Shown one piece after another: positions 1 to 11,875 of a stretch of 64,000 nt of DNA. Location of the stretch: positions 1,499,340 to 1,563,339 of the forward strand of contig BCKQ01000002.1 in the NCBI GenBank assembly GCA_001600695.1, read 5' to 3'. The stretch comes from Ascoidea asiatica JCM 7603. Lineage: Eukaryota > Fungi > Ascomycota. The notes beneath the pieces were generated by a model that saw only the letters and a program-made list of their open reading frames with translations, ran no database searches and had not been told where the DNA came from. Position numbers and translations under genes: made by a program. Positions within the stretch are counted from its first letter, which is position 1, and each line of letters opens with the position of its first letter.

Positions 1-2748
1 GGTCTTGATGCCACTCAGGTTGAAAATCAACCAATCGATACTATTCCAGGTTCAACAGTTAAATTTGAGCAGAAATATAGAATAGATTTAATGGATCCAA
101 ATAAGTCTCTTCGTCCTTCATTGATAGAATATGGTGATGATATTCGAGGTGATACTGCTTTGCAAGAATATCTTGATGAAGAGTATGACCAACTTCTAAA
201 AGATCGTCACTATTTAAGAACAACTGTATTCCCTAATGGGGATTTCAAATGGCCATTGCCCGTTAACGTTCGTCGTGTTATTCAAAATGCTCAACAGAAT
301 TTTCACTGTGATAGAGGGGAAGCAAGTGATCTAAGATTGGAATATATTATAGCGGGAGTGAAAAAGTTGTGCAGTAATTTAACCGTATTTCGTGGAAAAG
401 GACCCTTGATAGAAGAGGCCCAAGAAAATGCAACTCTATTATTCCAATGCCTACTACGTTCAAGATTTGCTTGTCGTCGAGTATTAGAAGAATATAAGCT
501 AAATAAGGCTGCGTTTGATTGGATAATGGGGGAAATCCAGTCCTTATTTCAGAAATCATTGGTTCATCCTGGTGAAATGGTAGGTGTTGTAGCAGCACAG
601 TCAATTGGTGAACCTGCTACTCAAATGACATTGAATACTTTTCATTATGCGGGTGTTTCTTCAAAGAATGTTACACTTGGTGTACCTCGTCTTAAAGAAA
701 TTCTTAATGTTGCAAAAAATATCAAAACTCCTTCACTTACTGTATACTTGGAGCCAGAATACGCTAATGATAAAGTTAAAGCAAAAGAACTTCAGTCTGC
801 TATACAATATACAACTCTAGGAAGTGTGACGAAGGCAACTGAAATTTACTACGATCCAGACCCTCGTACCACTATTATTAATGAAGATTATGAAATGGTT
901 GAAGGTTATTTTGCAATACCCGATGAATCTATAGAGAAAAGTTTGGATCAACAGTCTCCTTGGCTTTTACGTATTGAGGTCGATAGAAAATCATTATTAG
1001 ATAAGCAGCTTACTCTTTCTCAGGTAGCAGGAACTATTGAAAGTGCCTTTGGAGATGATTTGTTTGTTATTTGGTCAGCAGATGCTTCTAGTGATAAGTT
1101 AATTATTCGTTGTCGTGTTGTGCGAGATGAAAAGGTTGCTTTCGCTGAAACTAAACAAGAAGATAGAATACTTAAAGAAATAGAGCAAAATATCCTTATT
1201 CTTCCGTTGAGAGGAGTTGAAGATATATCCAGAGTTTTCATTTCCAAGAAAAAGTTTGAAGTTGTTGCAACTCCTGGACAAGTAGTCAAAGATCCTGAAA
1301 ATGAAAATGATCCAGGAAAAGTTGCCGAAGGTGGAGAATATGTTCAAGTTCAACAGTTTTTCTTGGAAACAGATGGTTGTAATTTATCAGAGGTTATGAC
1401 AGTTTCTGGAATCGATTCTACAAAAATCTATTCCAATAACTTTGTAGAGATTCTTGAAGTTTTGGGAATAGAAGCCACACGTGCTGCATTGTTCAAAGAG
1501 ATTTACCAAGTTATTTCTTTTGATGGTGGTGTTGTTAATTATAGACATATGGCTATACTAGTAGATGCAATGACATCTCGTGGTCATTTAATGGCTATCA
1601 CACGTCATGGTATCAATAGAGCAGATACTGGTGCTTTAATGAGAGCCTCTTTTGAGGAGACTGTTGAAATTCTTTTAGAAGCAGGTGCTGCAGCAGAGCT
1701 TGATGATTGTTCTGGTGTTTCAGAGAATGTTTTACTTGGCCAAATAGCTCCTCTTGGAACTGGTGCATTTGATGTTATGATAGATGAAAATATGTTAAGC
1801 ACTATCCCCAATAATTATAACTTACCTTCAGCTGCTCTTGTTCAAGGATCTGATGATCTTAATGGTGCTGCCACTCCATATGATTCTAGATCACCAATGC
1901 ATGCAGATTCTAATGATGCTGATGAGTTGGATGCTTCCACAATGTTTTCTCCTATTCGTGATATATCTACCAATGATACCCATGGAGGGTTGACTGATTA
2001 TGCTGGTTCTCAAAGTCCATTTAATCCAACTTCCCCAATGGCACCAACATCACCTTTTGGAAATTATGCAGCTACTTCTCCTGGTTATGACTATTCAGGT
2101 AATGCTTCTTCATATTCTCCTTCCTCTCCGTCCTACTCACCAACCTCACCATCATATTCCCCTACTTCTCCTTCTTACTCCCCTACTTCTCCATCTTATT
2201 CTCCAACTTCTCCATCATATTCTCCAACTTCTCCATCTTACTCTCCAACTTCTCCATCATATTCTCCAACATCTCCATCATATTCTCCAACTTCTCCATC
2301 ATATTCCCCTACTTCTCCTTCATATTCTCCTACATCACCTTCCTACTCCCCAACTTCTCCATCTTTTTCGGCCACATCGCCATCTTATTCCCCCACATCG
2401 CCATCTTATTCCCCCACATCACCATCTTATTCTCCAACTTCTCCTTCTTTTTCACCAACCTCACCTGCATATTCACCTACATCACCTGCATATTCACCAA
2501 CTTCACCATCTTATTCACCTACTTCACCTTCCTATTCTCCTACATCGGCAACTTCGTATTCACCAACGTCTCCTACATCCCCACAATATTCTCCTACCTC
2601 TCCAAATTACTCACCTTCATCACCTTCTTATTCCCCATCGTCATCTGGGGTATCTCCTAAGTCGCCAGAACACTCACCAGATTCACCGTCATATTCACCC
2701 GCTTCTCCTTTCAATCCACCTTCAGAAGATGAAAGAAAAGATCAATAG
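1..2748 (+). CDS. RPO21: RNA polymerase II largest subunit, 3' part (frame open from base 1; gene starts upstream of the window)
   Basis: Conserved motifs [28 protein letters not shown] and VNYRH, followed by a YSPTSPS heptad C-terminal domain. Confidence 0.99.
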   Translation, partial: GLDATQVENQPIDTIPGSTVKFEQKYRIDLMDPNKSLRPSLIEYGDDIRGDTALQEYLDEEYDQLLKDRHYLRTTVFPNGDFKWPLPVNVRRVIQNAQQNFHCDRGEASDLRLEYIIAGVKKLCSNLTVFRGKGPLIEEAQENATLLFQCLLRSRFACRRVLEEYKLNKAAFDWIMGEIQSLFQKSLVHPGEMVGVVAAQSIGEPATQMTLNTFHYAGVSSKNVTLGVPRLKEILNVAKNIKTPSLTVYLEPEYANDKVKAKELQSAIQYTTLGSVTKATEIYYDPDPRTTIINEDYEMVEGYFAIPDESIEKSLDQQSPWLLRIEVDRKSLLDKQLTLSQVAGTIESAFGDDLFVIWSADASSDKLIIRCRVVRDEKVAFAETKQEDRILKEIEQNILILPLRGVEDISRVFISKKKFEVVATPGQVVKDPENENDPGKVAEGGEYVQVQQFFLETDGCNLSEVMTVSGIDSTKIYSNNFVEILEVLGIEATRAALFKEIYQVISFDGGVVNYRHMAILVDAMTSRGHLMAITRHGINRADTGALMRASFEETVEILLEAGAAAELDDCSGVSENVLLGQIAPLGTGAFDVMIDENMLSTIPNNYNLPSAALVQGSDDLNGAATPYDSRSPMHADSNDADELDASTMFSPIRDISTNDTHGGLTDYAGSQSPFNPTSPMAPTSPFGNYAATSPGYDYSGNASSYSPSSPSYSPTSPSYSPTSPSYSPTSPSYSPTSPSYSPTSPSYSPTSPSYSPTSPSYSPTSPSYSPTSPSYSPTSPSYSPTSPSFSATSPSYSPTSPSYSPTSPSYSPTSPSFSPTSPAYSPTSPAYSPTSPSYSPTSPSYSPTSATSYSPTSPTSPQYSPTSPNYSPSSPSYSPSSSGVSPKSPEHSPDSPSYSPASPFNPPSEDERKDQ
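2113..2712 (+). repeat. Pol II CTD heptad repeat array (about 28 heptad-like units, 21-nt period)
   Basis: Twelve consecutive YSP[TS]SPS units from 2113, then consensus units mixed with variants ([36 protein letters not shown]). Confidence 0.97.
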
Positions 2749-3062
2749 AAAACCTCTTCTCCAATTCTTTAAATGCTTTTTTACTTGTTTTATTTTGTAC
2801 TTTTTTACTGAAAATTTTCCTATAAAAAAAAATCTTATGTCATTTTTATATTTATATAATTACTAACTATATATGTGAGTTATTTAATATTATCTGTTTT
2901 ATATCTATGTATCTTTTGTAGTTATCATAATACAATTGTATTGATAAGTCTTATTTTAATTCTATTATACAGTAAGTAAAGTTGGTTCAAAAAGTATTTA
3001 TTTTTTTTTTGTTTTTAATTTAACTATTTACGATATATATGCATTAGTTGAGAGATTAACTT

Positions 3063-5246
3063 CTAGCTTTTTTTTGATATTAATCCCTTAAACATGTCAA
3101 AAGAATTTCCATCTGGTTGCAACTCAAATTTTGAACCTGTTCTTAATCCGTGAGAATCAATTTCTTCTGCGATAAGCATACCCCAAGTATCACTTATTCC
3201 ACATATTCTAGCAGTTGAACCACCGAAACTATTTAGTGTTACTTTTTGATCAGTATGAAGCCAATAACTATAATAATCCGGAAGAAATTGCTTAAAACCG
3301 TTCTTTAAAAAAGCTACAAACATCTTTTCAAACAAAAATAGATATCTGGCCATTAATTTTTCAGAAGTTAATAAAGGTAATTTGGTTTTGTTAGACCTTG
3401 AACGGATCGAGTTTATCTTTTCTAAAACAATATTCAAAGATGTGGTTGGAGAAGAATTAAAAAGGTTTATTCCAGTTCCAACAATTAAAACAAAATCTTT
3501 ATCGATGACATTTGTATTTACAAGAATTCCACTAATTTTTTCATAAACTGGTTCAATTTTATTAACTGGAGAAGTTTCAAATTCTTTTCTTCTTTCTAAG
3601 TATTCTGGTTTTAGAATATAAATATCATTAGGCCATTTAATTCTTACTGGAATTTCACTATATTCAGAATTTTGTACACCTCCATATGAAGAGATTGCTT
3701 TAACAACTGCAAGAGAAGCAATATATTGAACAAACACAATTGGTGAAGTAGAATTTTGACTTATTGGAATTCTCATTACAGTGGATAAGCAAACAACACC
3801 TGGAGGATTCACCCAAACATTCCCACCTCTTCCACGGCCAGCCACTTGAGTAGTTCCTGTTACTGATGTACCATCAGGTAAATATTTTAAAACATTTGGA
3901 TTTTTATCCATAATACCAGAAGTTGAAGTAATTACTTCACCATAAGGTAAAACTGAACCAAAATTTCCGCAAGGAAGGTGAACATCCCTCCAATTTTGTT
4001 CTAAATGATTGAAAAAAACAGGAATATTGAAATATGGAGTAGATTTATAATTTGGAAGTTTATCAAAATAACAAATAATATCTTTCATTGCTGTTTCTGG
4101 ATCAACATATTCTTCAGAAGTATTACTCATAAGTATATTATTTAATTCATTATTATCTGAATCATGTAAATAAAAATTTTCTGAAACACCAACTATTAGA
4201 TTTTTATCATTTGAATCTTTTCCAATATTAAGTTTTAAAGTTGAAACAAGATCTTTTATTACATTTTTTTTATTAGAACATAATAATATTGGAGTTATAC
4301 GTGGAATATTAACTGAATCAATTTTATTAACTTTTAAATCAAGTTTTTTAAGACAAGCTCTCATAAATAATTTTCTTGCTTTTGTTCCTTCAATTAATTT
4401 TTTGATAATATCATTAGTACTACCATCTAAAGGATTATTCGACTTCATTAAACGAGGATCAAATTCAGGATGAGAACCAAAAAGAAGTGCTTTACCATTT
4501 TGTATAGTACATAAAATTGCAGCAGCATTAATATCTTTAGGGTCCATTGTAACTGTTGGATTTTTTTTGAAAGTAGAAAGAACTTGAATATCCGAATAAT
4601 CCTTAGTATTAATAAAAACTGGACCACCATTAAAATAAGTAAAACAAGAATCTTCTTGTATATCTAAGAAATCTTTATTTATAATTGTTTCAACTGCTCT
4701 TGCACCAGCTTCAGAATCATATTCAAATCCATTAAATGCCGGACCTCTTGCAATTCCAGGAAAAAATTTCAATTCTCTTGGACCTTGAACTTCTAAATTT
4801 GGATTACCAATTGCAAATTCACATCTGCTTGAAGCGAAATAAGCTCCAGCACAAAGTCCAATAAACTTTCCACCTCTTTTAACATATTTTGAAATTTTTT
4901 TATTTGCAGGACCATTTAAAGCTTTACAAAACGGAAGATCTGCGCCACCTGGCAAAATAAGTAAAGCAGTTTTTTCAGGCCATGGTTCATCAATTAAAGA
5001 CTTTGCAGTTATCGTTGTGACAGCATAAAAAGGAGATAAAAAAGCTCTAAATGTTTCTAGAGAATGTTTGATACAATCGGAAGTTGCACCAGGACCTATA
5101 AAAATTTTTTAAAGAAGAAAAAAAAAAAAAAAATTCAGGTTAGTTTTTTATGTAACTTAAATTTAAATTTCAGTTTCAAGCAAGACATTATGATAAATAT
5201 TTTAATCTAAAATACTAGACTTACCGGAATAAATTAAAACATTCAT
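3063..5246 (-). CDS. BPL1: Biotin--protein ligase; exons 5246-5225 and 5095-3063
   Basis: Spliced N-terminus MNVLIYSGPGATSDCIKHSLETFR. Intron 5224-5096 reads GTAAGT..AACTAAC..TAG. Motifs QVAGRGRGGNVW, IKWPNDIY and LQPDGNSFDMFKGLI. Confidence 0.96.
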
Positions 5247-5558
5247 TGTTGAAGAGTCAATTATTTCACTGAATCACAAATAAAAGAGCTTAATATTAAC
5301 AACAATACAGCTGTAAAAGAACTTTATACTAATTTTTAAAATAATGGTTGGTTATAAACCCAATAAAGAAAAAAAGATATTGGTAGAATAACTTTATATA
5401 GTATAGATTTTTTCAATTGACTTTTTCGATTTCCTCTGTTTCCCCAGACCTAGAAAAAAACAAGTTCATGCTGCTGGTTTTTCTTCAATGGATAACGGCG
5501 ATATAAAATGAGCTATCAGACTTTCTACGGTAATTTACGGTAGGTTAGTCTCCGGAAA

Positions 5559-5636
5559 TTGAGTCACTTGAGTCGTCTGAATCACTTGAGTCTTTCAGTT
5601 TGTTGAGCTTGCTAATTTTTTAAGTCTCTTGAGTCA
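5559..5636. promoter_or_regulatory. Cluster of TGAGTCA (Gcn4/AP-1-like) sites upstream of BPL1
   Basis: TTGAGTCAC TTGAGTCGT CTGAATCAC TTGAGTCTT at a 9-bp period (5559-5594), plus TGAGTCA at 5630-5636. Confidence 0.55.
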
Positions 5637-5720
5637 CTGTGGCTTTCGCCAGTGGCTCAAAATTGTTTAAAATAATTGAAAGTTCACAACTAGTAGGTTA
5701 AAGAAAAAAGTATCTTCGAT

Positions 5721-5736
5721 GCGGATTTAGCTCAGC

Positions 5737-5769
<33 letters not shown>

Positions 5770-5793
5770 TGTGTTCGATCCACAGAATTCGCA
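5721..5793 (+). tRNA. tRNA-Phe(GAA), intronless
   Basis: GCGGATTTAGCTCAGCTGGGAGAGCGTCAGACTGAAGATCTGAAGGTCCTGTGTTCGATCCACAGAATTCGCA, 73 nt, nearly identical to mature yeast tRNA-Phe, anticodon GAA. Confidence 0.98.
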
Positions 5794-5794
5794 C

Positions 5795-5802
5795 TTTTTT
5801 TC
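5795..5802 (+). terminator. Pol III oligo(T) terminator of tRNA-Phe
   Basis: T8 run immediately after the tRNA 3' end. Confidence 0.85.
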
Positions 5803-6350
5803 CTTATAATTTTTTTTTTGATTTATTTTTGTAGTTAACGTTACTGATTATTGGGTTTTTATTTTTGACTTTTTTGTAAATAAAATATATACATAGAATA
5901 CAGCATAATTTCCTGAATCTCTTACCTCTTCTAGCTCAAAATTATCTTTACTAATTTTAAAGTTATAAGCTCTTCATTCAAATAACCAAATTATATTATT
6001 GATCCTTAGAACTGTAATTCTCCCGTAGTCTATTCCTATCACGAGACTTATTTTAGCTCTTGCTGTTTTGGATTTAATTCGACGTTTAGAGCATTGCTTG
6101 AAAGAAAATGAAATTTCAAGATTCATAAATTCTGTGGTTGGGAGTTTGAGTTTCACTATGAATAAAATTTAGTTGGAAAATAACTGCTGTGTATGGGTTA
6201 TTTGATTCTTAAACGCTAATTTGAACCTTTTTCTTTAAGTTCGTTCTATTTCAGTCCTATTTTTATACGAAATTTAGCTATCAATTATTCAAAAGATATT
6301 TCAATTCTTAGCCTAGTTCTTATCTTAAATTTTTAAAAAAGCATATCAAC

Positions 6351-7349
6351 ATGATCATTATAAAAAATGGGTTTAATTCGAAAATAATAATATCTCCCAC
6401 TTCTCTTCTTTTGGGGACTCAAACTAAGCAATCTTCATTTAAATCATCTCCAATTTTTTTAGAATCCAGGAAATTTACAACTTTTTCATTCACATCAATT
6501 AATTTAAATGAGAAATATACAAAAAAAATTGGAATAAATTCAAATAAATCTTATAAGTATAATAATTATATAAAACTTAAATCAAACAAATCTCAATCTT
6601 TTTTTTTTTCAGCCAATGTTAAAAAATCTACTAAAGATAAAATAATTGAAAAACAATTACAATTAATCAAATCTTCAAAAAAACTCCAAGAAACTATCTC
6701 AAAACCTATTAAAAATATAATACCAGATCATGAAAATATATATACAATTCCAAATCTTTTAACCTTAACAAGATTAATATCTGCTCCGATTATTGGTTAT
6801 TTGATTGTTAAAGAGCATGTGTTTTATGCTTTTTCTTTATTTTTATATTCTTGTATAACTGATTTTGTTGATGGATTTATTGCAAGAAAATATAAAATGG
6901 GTACTGTTCTTGGTTCAATAATTGATCCAATGGCTGATAAATCTTTAATGATAATATCAACTTCATGTTTAACAATTGCTGGTACAATTCCTTTATATCT
7001 AGCTATAATAATTTTAGGTAGAGATTTTCTTTTAGCTTTATCTGCAATTTATTTTAGATATATTTCATTACCATTTCCAAAAACATTCTTAAGATTTTGG
7101 GATTTTAGTATACCTTCTGCAGAAGTACATCCAACTTTAATATCAAAATATAATACCTTTTTTCAAATGATTTATATTGCTGTTTGTGTGATGCAACCAG
7201 TAATTTTTCCATTATTAGATCAATCAACTTTACAATCTGTTTCAACAACAATAAAGTTTTCTGAATATTTTGTTGCAATTACAACCATTTTAAGTGGTTT
7301 ATCATATGTTTTTTCAAAAAATGCTGTTAAAATTTTACATAAATCTTAA
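6351..7349 (+). CDS. CRD1: Cardiolipin synthase (CDP-alcohol phosphatidyltransferase)
   Basis: ENIYTIPNLLTLTRL and DFVDGFIARKY..GSIIDPMADK motif; basic mitochondrial presequence; same neighbourhood as S. cerevisiae CRD1. Confidence 0.95.
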   Translation: MIIIKNGFNSKIIISPTSLLLGTQTKQSSFKSSPIFLESRKFTTFSFTSINLNEKYTKKIGINSNKSYKYNNYIKLKSNKSQSFFFSANVKKSTKDKIIEKQLQLIKSSKKLQETISKPIKNIIPDHENIYTIPNLLTLTRLISAPIIGYLIVKEHVFYAFSLFLYSCITDFVDGFIARKYKMGTVLGSIIDPMADKSLMIISTSCLTIAGTIPLYLAIIILGRDFLLALSAIYFRYISLPFPKTFLRFWDFSIPSAEVHPTLISKYNTFFQMIYIAVCVMQPVIFPLLDQSTLQSVSTTIKFSEYFVAITTILSGLSYVFSKNAVKILHKS

Positions 7350-7551
7350 TTACAGTAATTCTATATTATAAATCAAACTCATAAAAATAAATCTTATTCT
7401 GTACATAGTCACTTAAATTCGAAAAAAGTAAAAAAAATATTTATTTCACAAAAAGAAATCATTTATTTGATTAAAAATAATACAATTTGAATAAAATTTA
7501 TTCATTATTATTAAAATATTTAAAATTTATATAATTCAATTTTTATTTCTT

Positions 7552-9250
7552 TTAACGAGCAAATGTAATATCATCAATACGTAAAATAGATTTGACACAT
7601 TCCGATGCTAATGTTATAGCACTTGTACTTACAAGAACTGGTTGTAAAACATGTTCATCAAATGTATTAGAAGCAGCTGATCGACGAACAGAAATTCCCG
7701 CATTAGCTTCTCCATTTTCATGTCTATTTCTTAATTCTGTTAACACTTTTATACTATTCATACCTGCATTTTCTGCTAGTGTAACAGGAATAACTTCTAA
7801 TGCTTGAGCAAATTCTTTCCAACAAAATTGTTCTGTACCTGAGAGTAATTGACTCTCTTTCATTAATATTCTTGAAACTTCAATTTCAGGTGCACCTCCA
7901 CCTGCAATTAATCCTTTTTGTTTAACTAAACAACGAATAACACATAATGCATCATGAATTGAACGTTCAGTTTCATCTAAAACTAATTGATTTGCCCCAC
8001 GGCAAATAACAGAAACAGTAGGTTTTGAAGCTGTTTTAATTCCTGAAACTTTAACAATCTTTGATCCAGAACTATCAATTTCTTCAACTAAATCTGCAAG
8101 ACCTAATCTATCTTCACTAAATGAATCAACATCTGCTATTGGTTTACATCCAATTGATTTAGAAATAAATTCAATTTCTTCTCTTTCTATATCCTTGATA
8201 ACCATTATTTTTAATTTTGAAAGAAAATGAAGAGATAATTCACTAACAGCATCCCTTAAAATAGATTTTTGTATTAATAAAACATTACATTTTGCTTTTT
8301 TAATTTTTTTACACATATTTAACAAGTATGCTCTTTCTTCTTTAAAGATTTTATCCATTTGTCTATAATCAGTTACAACAACATTATTTTCCATATCTGG
8401 TTTTGGTGGTGATAATTGAAATTGAATTAATCCAATTCTTGCTTTTTCCATTCTTATTGGACCACCTGCACTTTTAACAACATTTTGAGTTAATACAACA
8501 CCATCAATTAATTCTGTATCATCAATGGTTCCAGCAACCTTTTTAGTTAATCTAATATCATTAAGATCAACATTAGTTGCATCCTCTGAAGTAACTTTTA
8601 AAACAGAATCAACTGCTAAAGGAGCTAATAATGAAGAATGTTGAGATACAATTTTTGAACTTAAAGATGTAGAAGCAGCACGGATTAAAGTCTCGCGATC
8701 ATCTAAAGATATTTCTCTTGACATATCTAAAAGAATTTCAACCGATCTTTTAGCAGCTCTTTGAAAAGATTCAGAAATAATTGTAGGATGAATTCCTTTC
8801 TTCAAAAGTCTTTCTGAAGCACCTAACAAAGCACCGGCTATAATTACTACAGATGTTGTACCATCACCAGCTTCAACATCTTGGGCAGCAGAAACATCAA
8901 CTAACATTTTGGCAGCCGGATGTAGAATTGCCATTTGTTTTAGAATTGTGTGACCATCATTAGAAATGATGATTTCACCTTTTCCAGTTTTGATCATTTT
9001 ATCCATACCCTTAGGACCAAGAGATGTTCTGATTGCATCAGCGACAGCTAATTTAAATAAAAAGATTGATTAGAATTGGAATTTTAAAAAAAAATGAATT
9101 TTTATTTTATAACTAGAATTTCTAGATTCTGAAGTATTAACACTTACCTCTTGCTGCAATGATGTTACTAGCACGAACCTCTTGAGGCTTTTCTTTATCC
9201 TTAAATGTAGAATTTGATGGAGAAGCTTTTGCTACTGCAGATTTAGCCAT
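7552..9250 (-). CDS. CCT4: Chaperonin CCT delta subunit; exons 9250-9148 and 9047-7552
   Basis: Spliced [37 protein letters not shown]. Intron 9147-9048 reads GTAAGT..TAG. Motifs GDGTTS and [14 protein letters not shown]. Confidence 0.97.
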
Positions 9251-9940
9251 TTTATAATTTCTTGTATTGAATTGGTTTATAAATTTCTAAATAATTAAAA
9301 ATTGCCTTCCAAAAGTATTTGAAATTTAAGTGATTTAAACTAACGTGTTTTGAAAACAAGCAAAAAAAATGGCTTCAATCATTTAAATTTTGAAAGAAAA
9401 AAATAACAGAAAGTTCCGCATCCCTTTGTTATTAGGATACATTTTGACATACCATATTTTAAGCTCTTAATTTACCTTTAAAAAAAATATTTTTATTTTC
9501 AATTCATAAATCTGGATCCTTCTCTATTCTGAAATTTTGATTTTTGATTTACAACATCAAAAAATCATTATCTTAGATAAAGTGACTAAGTACTTAATCA
9601 TGAAACAAGAAGAGTGATTTGAATCTGATAGGAAAACTATTTAAACATTTCAAAAAGTAAAATAAAACCTAATTGTTTTTAAAGAATTCTAGATTCAAAA
9701 ATGGCTGGGTGTACTATATATGATTGTTACTCACTGAGTATTTCTGAATGCTAAATTATAAGGACTTTTTCGAGTACACAAACACAAAGCATTTTTGATA
9801 GAAATTCATCAAACAACTAATAAAGCTATTTTGATATTATGCTTATTGTTAATATTTGACGGTTATTATGAAGAATTTGTATTATACAACAGGAAATTAA
9901 TATTATAATATTTGGCATTGCTAAAGCATATATTTTTGAC

Positions 9941-11398
9941 ATGCAAGACCCTAGTTTATTGCCGAATTCTGCTATATATTCCTCTTTGTCATTGGAAAAC
10001 ATCAATTACATTGATAATTCATGTTTGGATTTGGATACTGATAAGAACGTTAATAATGGTAACAAAGGGAAAGAAAAGGAAAAGGAAAAGGAAGGAGGTA
10101 AAGAAAAGGAGAGGGAAGGGCAAAATTTTAATTCAGAAAATATCAATGCTAGCTTAAATACATCAATTTTACCTTCAAGTCATATTGAAACTTCTAGTGG
10201 GATAACACAATCTTTTGTTCAAGACAAGAATTCTTCCAATATATCTTCTATAACGTCTCATTCAACTAACTTTTGTACACCTCTCGCATCTACTCACAGT
10301 AAGGATAATTCGGGTTCAAAAAATCTTATAAATATTCCTAATCTACCTTATTCAAGTCTTAATCATTCAAATTACCAAAATTATTCAAATAGCTCAAGTT
10401 GTAATACAGTATCCAAAAATTTTACATCTTCGAATTCCAGTTTAAGAAGATCTGAATCCTTAAAATATTTCACTGCTGATTCAACCATTTCAAATAGCCA
10501 GCCTATCGATGATAAAATAAAAGAAAATGAATTTTCTTCTAATGAACAGACCCCCCTTCAAACTATAGATGAAACGCCTGATGAAATATTGTCTCCGGAA
10601 ATAATTAGTTATATAGAAACTTCATCGAGTTCAGGCACAGTTGATTTTAACTTTTTTAGTCCACATGAGCCACCAAACCCTCTTGATGTAAATCAGACTA
10701 ATCTAATATCAAGAAAATTACTAAAAGAAAAACGTTCATCAAGATCGAATGACCTTTTGGTCAATTGCATGGAGAATAGACTAATACATTGGCGCCCTCC
10801 AATATCCCAAAATAATGTTGAAGATTCTTTGAATGGAATGCATCCTTTTCATCTCGATTCAATTCCAGAAGATTTCAATAATCATTCATCAGTTCCTATA
10901 ACCCAAACTGTGTCTAAATCCAAGGTTTCTTTTAATACTAGTTTATCGATTCGTTTTTTTAGAAAAAAAGCAAATGTCGATAAATTAATGACTAACAACA
11001 ATAGTACAAGCTCAGGAGGCACTTCTTCTTTAAGTCAAAGCCCTTATATAAGTAGATTTGGATACAGTGCTTTAAGTGCCGCTGAGAAAGCAGACTACTT
11101 CAATGTTCTCACAGTAATATCTATGAATAGTGAACATCTAGGAAAAGAAGTTCTTTCTATTTTAGACAATGGATCGATTAATATGAATAGCTTTAGATTC
11201 CAAGAACCTCCATTATCAGAAACAATGACATATCCACTTACATCGGAAGCAGTACCTGCCCAAATACAAGATTTTTCCAAAATTATAAGTGGTCAAACAG
11301 ATGTTTATGTACCTAGAAATCCTTTCAGCCTTTGTTGGGGAAACACCGTTTCTTATTTTAAAATCATTTTGGAACCAATATGTGGTTTTATGTGCTAA
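9941..11398 (+). CDS. Ser/Asn-rich protein of unknown function, possibly a YDL186W homologue
   Basis: 485-aa ORF with a low-complexity N-terminus and a more structured C-terminus (FGYSALS..., DFSKIISGQ); lies next to VMA1, as YDL186W does in S. cerevisiae. Confidence 0.7.
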   Translation: MQDPSLLPNSAIYSSLSLENINYIDNSCLDLDTDKNVNNGNKGKEKEKEKEGGKEKEREGQNFNSENINASLNTSILPSSHIETSSGITQSFVQDKNSSNISSITSHSTNFCTPLASTHSKDNSGSKNLINIPNLPYSSLNHSNYQNYSNSSSCNTVSKNFTSSNSSLRRSESLKYFTADSTISNSQPIDDKIKENEFSSNEQTPLQTIDETPDEILSPEIISYIETSSSSGTVDFNFFSPHEPPNPLDVNQTNLISRKLLKEKRSSRSNDLLVNCMENRLIHWRPPISQNNVEDSLNGMHPFHLDSIPEDFNNHSSVPITQTVSKSKVSFNTSLSIRFFRKKANVDKLMTNNNSTSSGGTSSLSQSPYISRFGYSALSAAEKADYFNVLTVISMNSEHLGKEVLSILDNGSINMNSFRFQEPPLSETMTYPLTSEAVPAQIQDFSKIISGQTDVYVPRNPFSLCWGNTVSYFKIILEPICGFMC

Positions 11399-11875
11399 TC
11401 ATGAAATATTTTTAAACGTTCAAAATTATATTCAAATTGATTCAATTAGAGATTTTTACTGAGACTAATTTAATGAACAGGTATTTTTTCTTTCATTCTT
11501 AAAGTTTATCTTTCTAACGTATTATTGGAAAGAATCCCAGATAGAAGAAATATTTTGACTTTTTCTTCTATTTATTTTTAGACTTTCTTTGATCAAATTA
11601 ATGAATAAAAGTTTTTTCCAAGCAAAGAACATATTAGCATGCTTCATCTTAAAGATTTAGTATACGTATATCGAATTCCAAGAAGTTTGTTGATTTCGCA
11701 CACAACAAATAGATCAATAAATGAATTATTTTTTGAAAGAGAATCTAAGTCTCAAAAATAACGAATTCTTTTACAAAATTATTTACTTGAAATTTCATAC
11801 GTTTGAATTAAAACAAAGATTTATTATTAAAAAGATAAAAAGATAAAAAGAATACAAACCAAAAATGATATTTAT

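Noticed and set aside
2000-2866. 288-aa His/Leu-rich ORF overlapping RPB1
   Set aside because: Alternative-frame shadow of the CTD heptad repeat.
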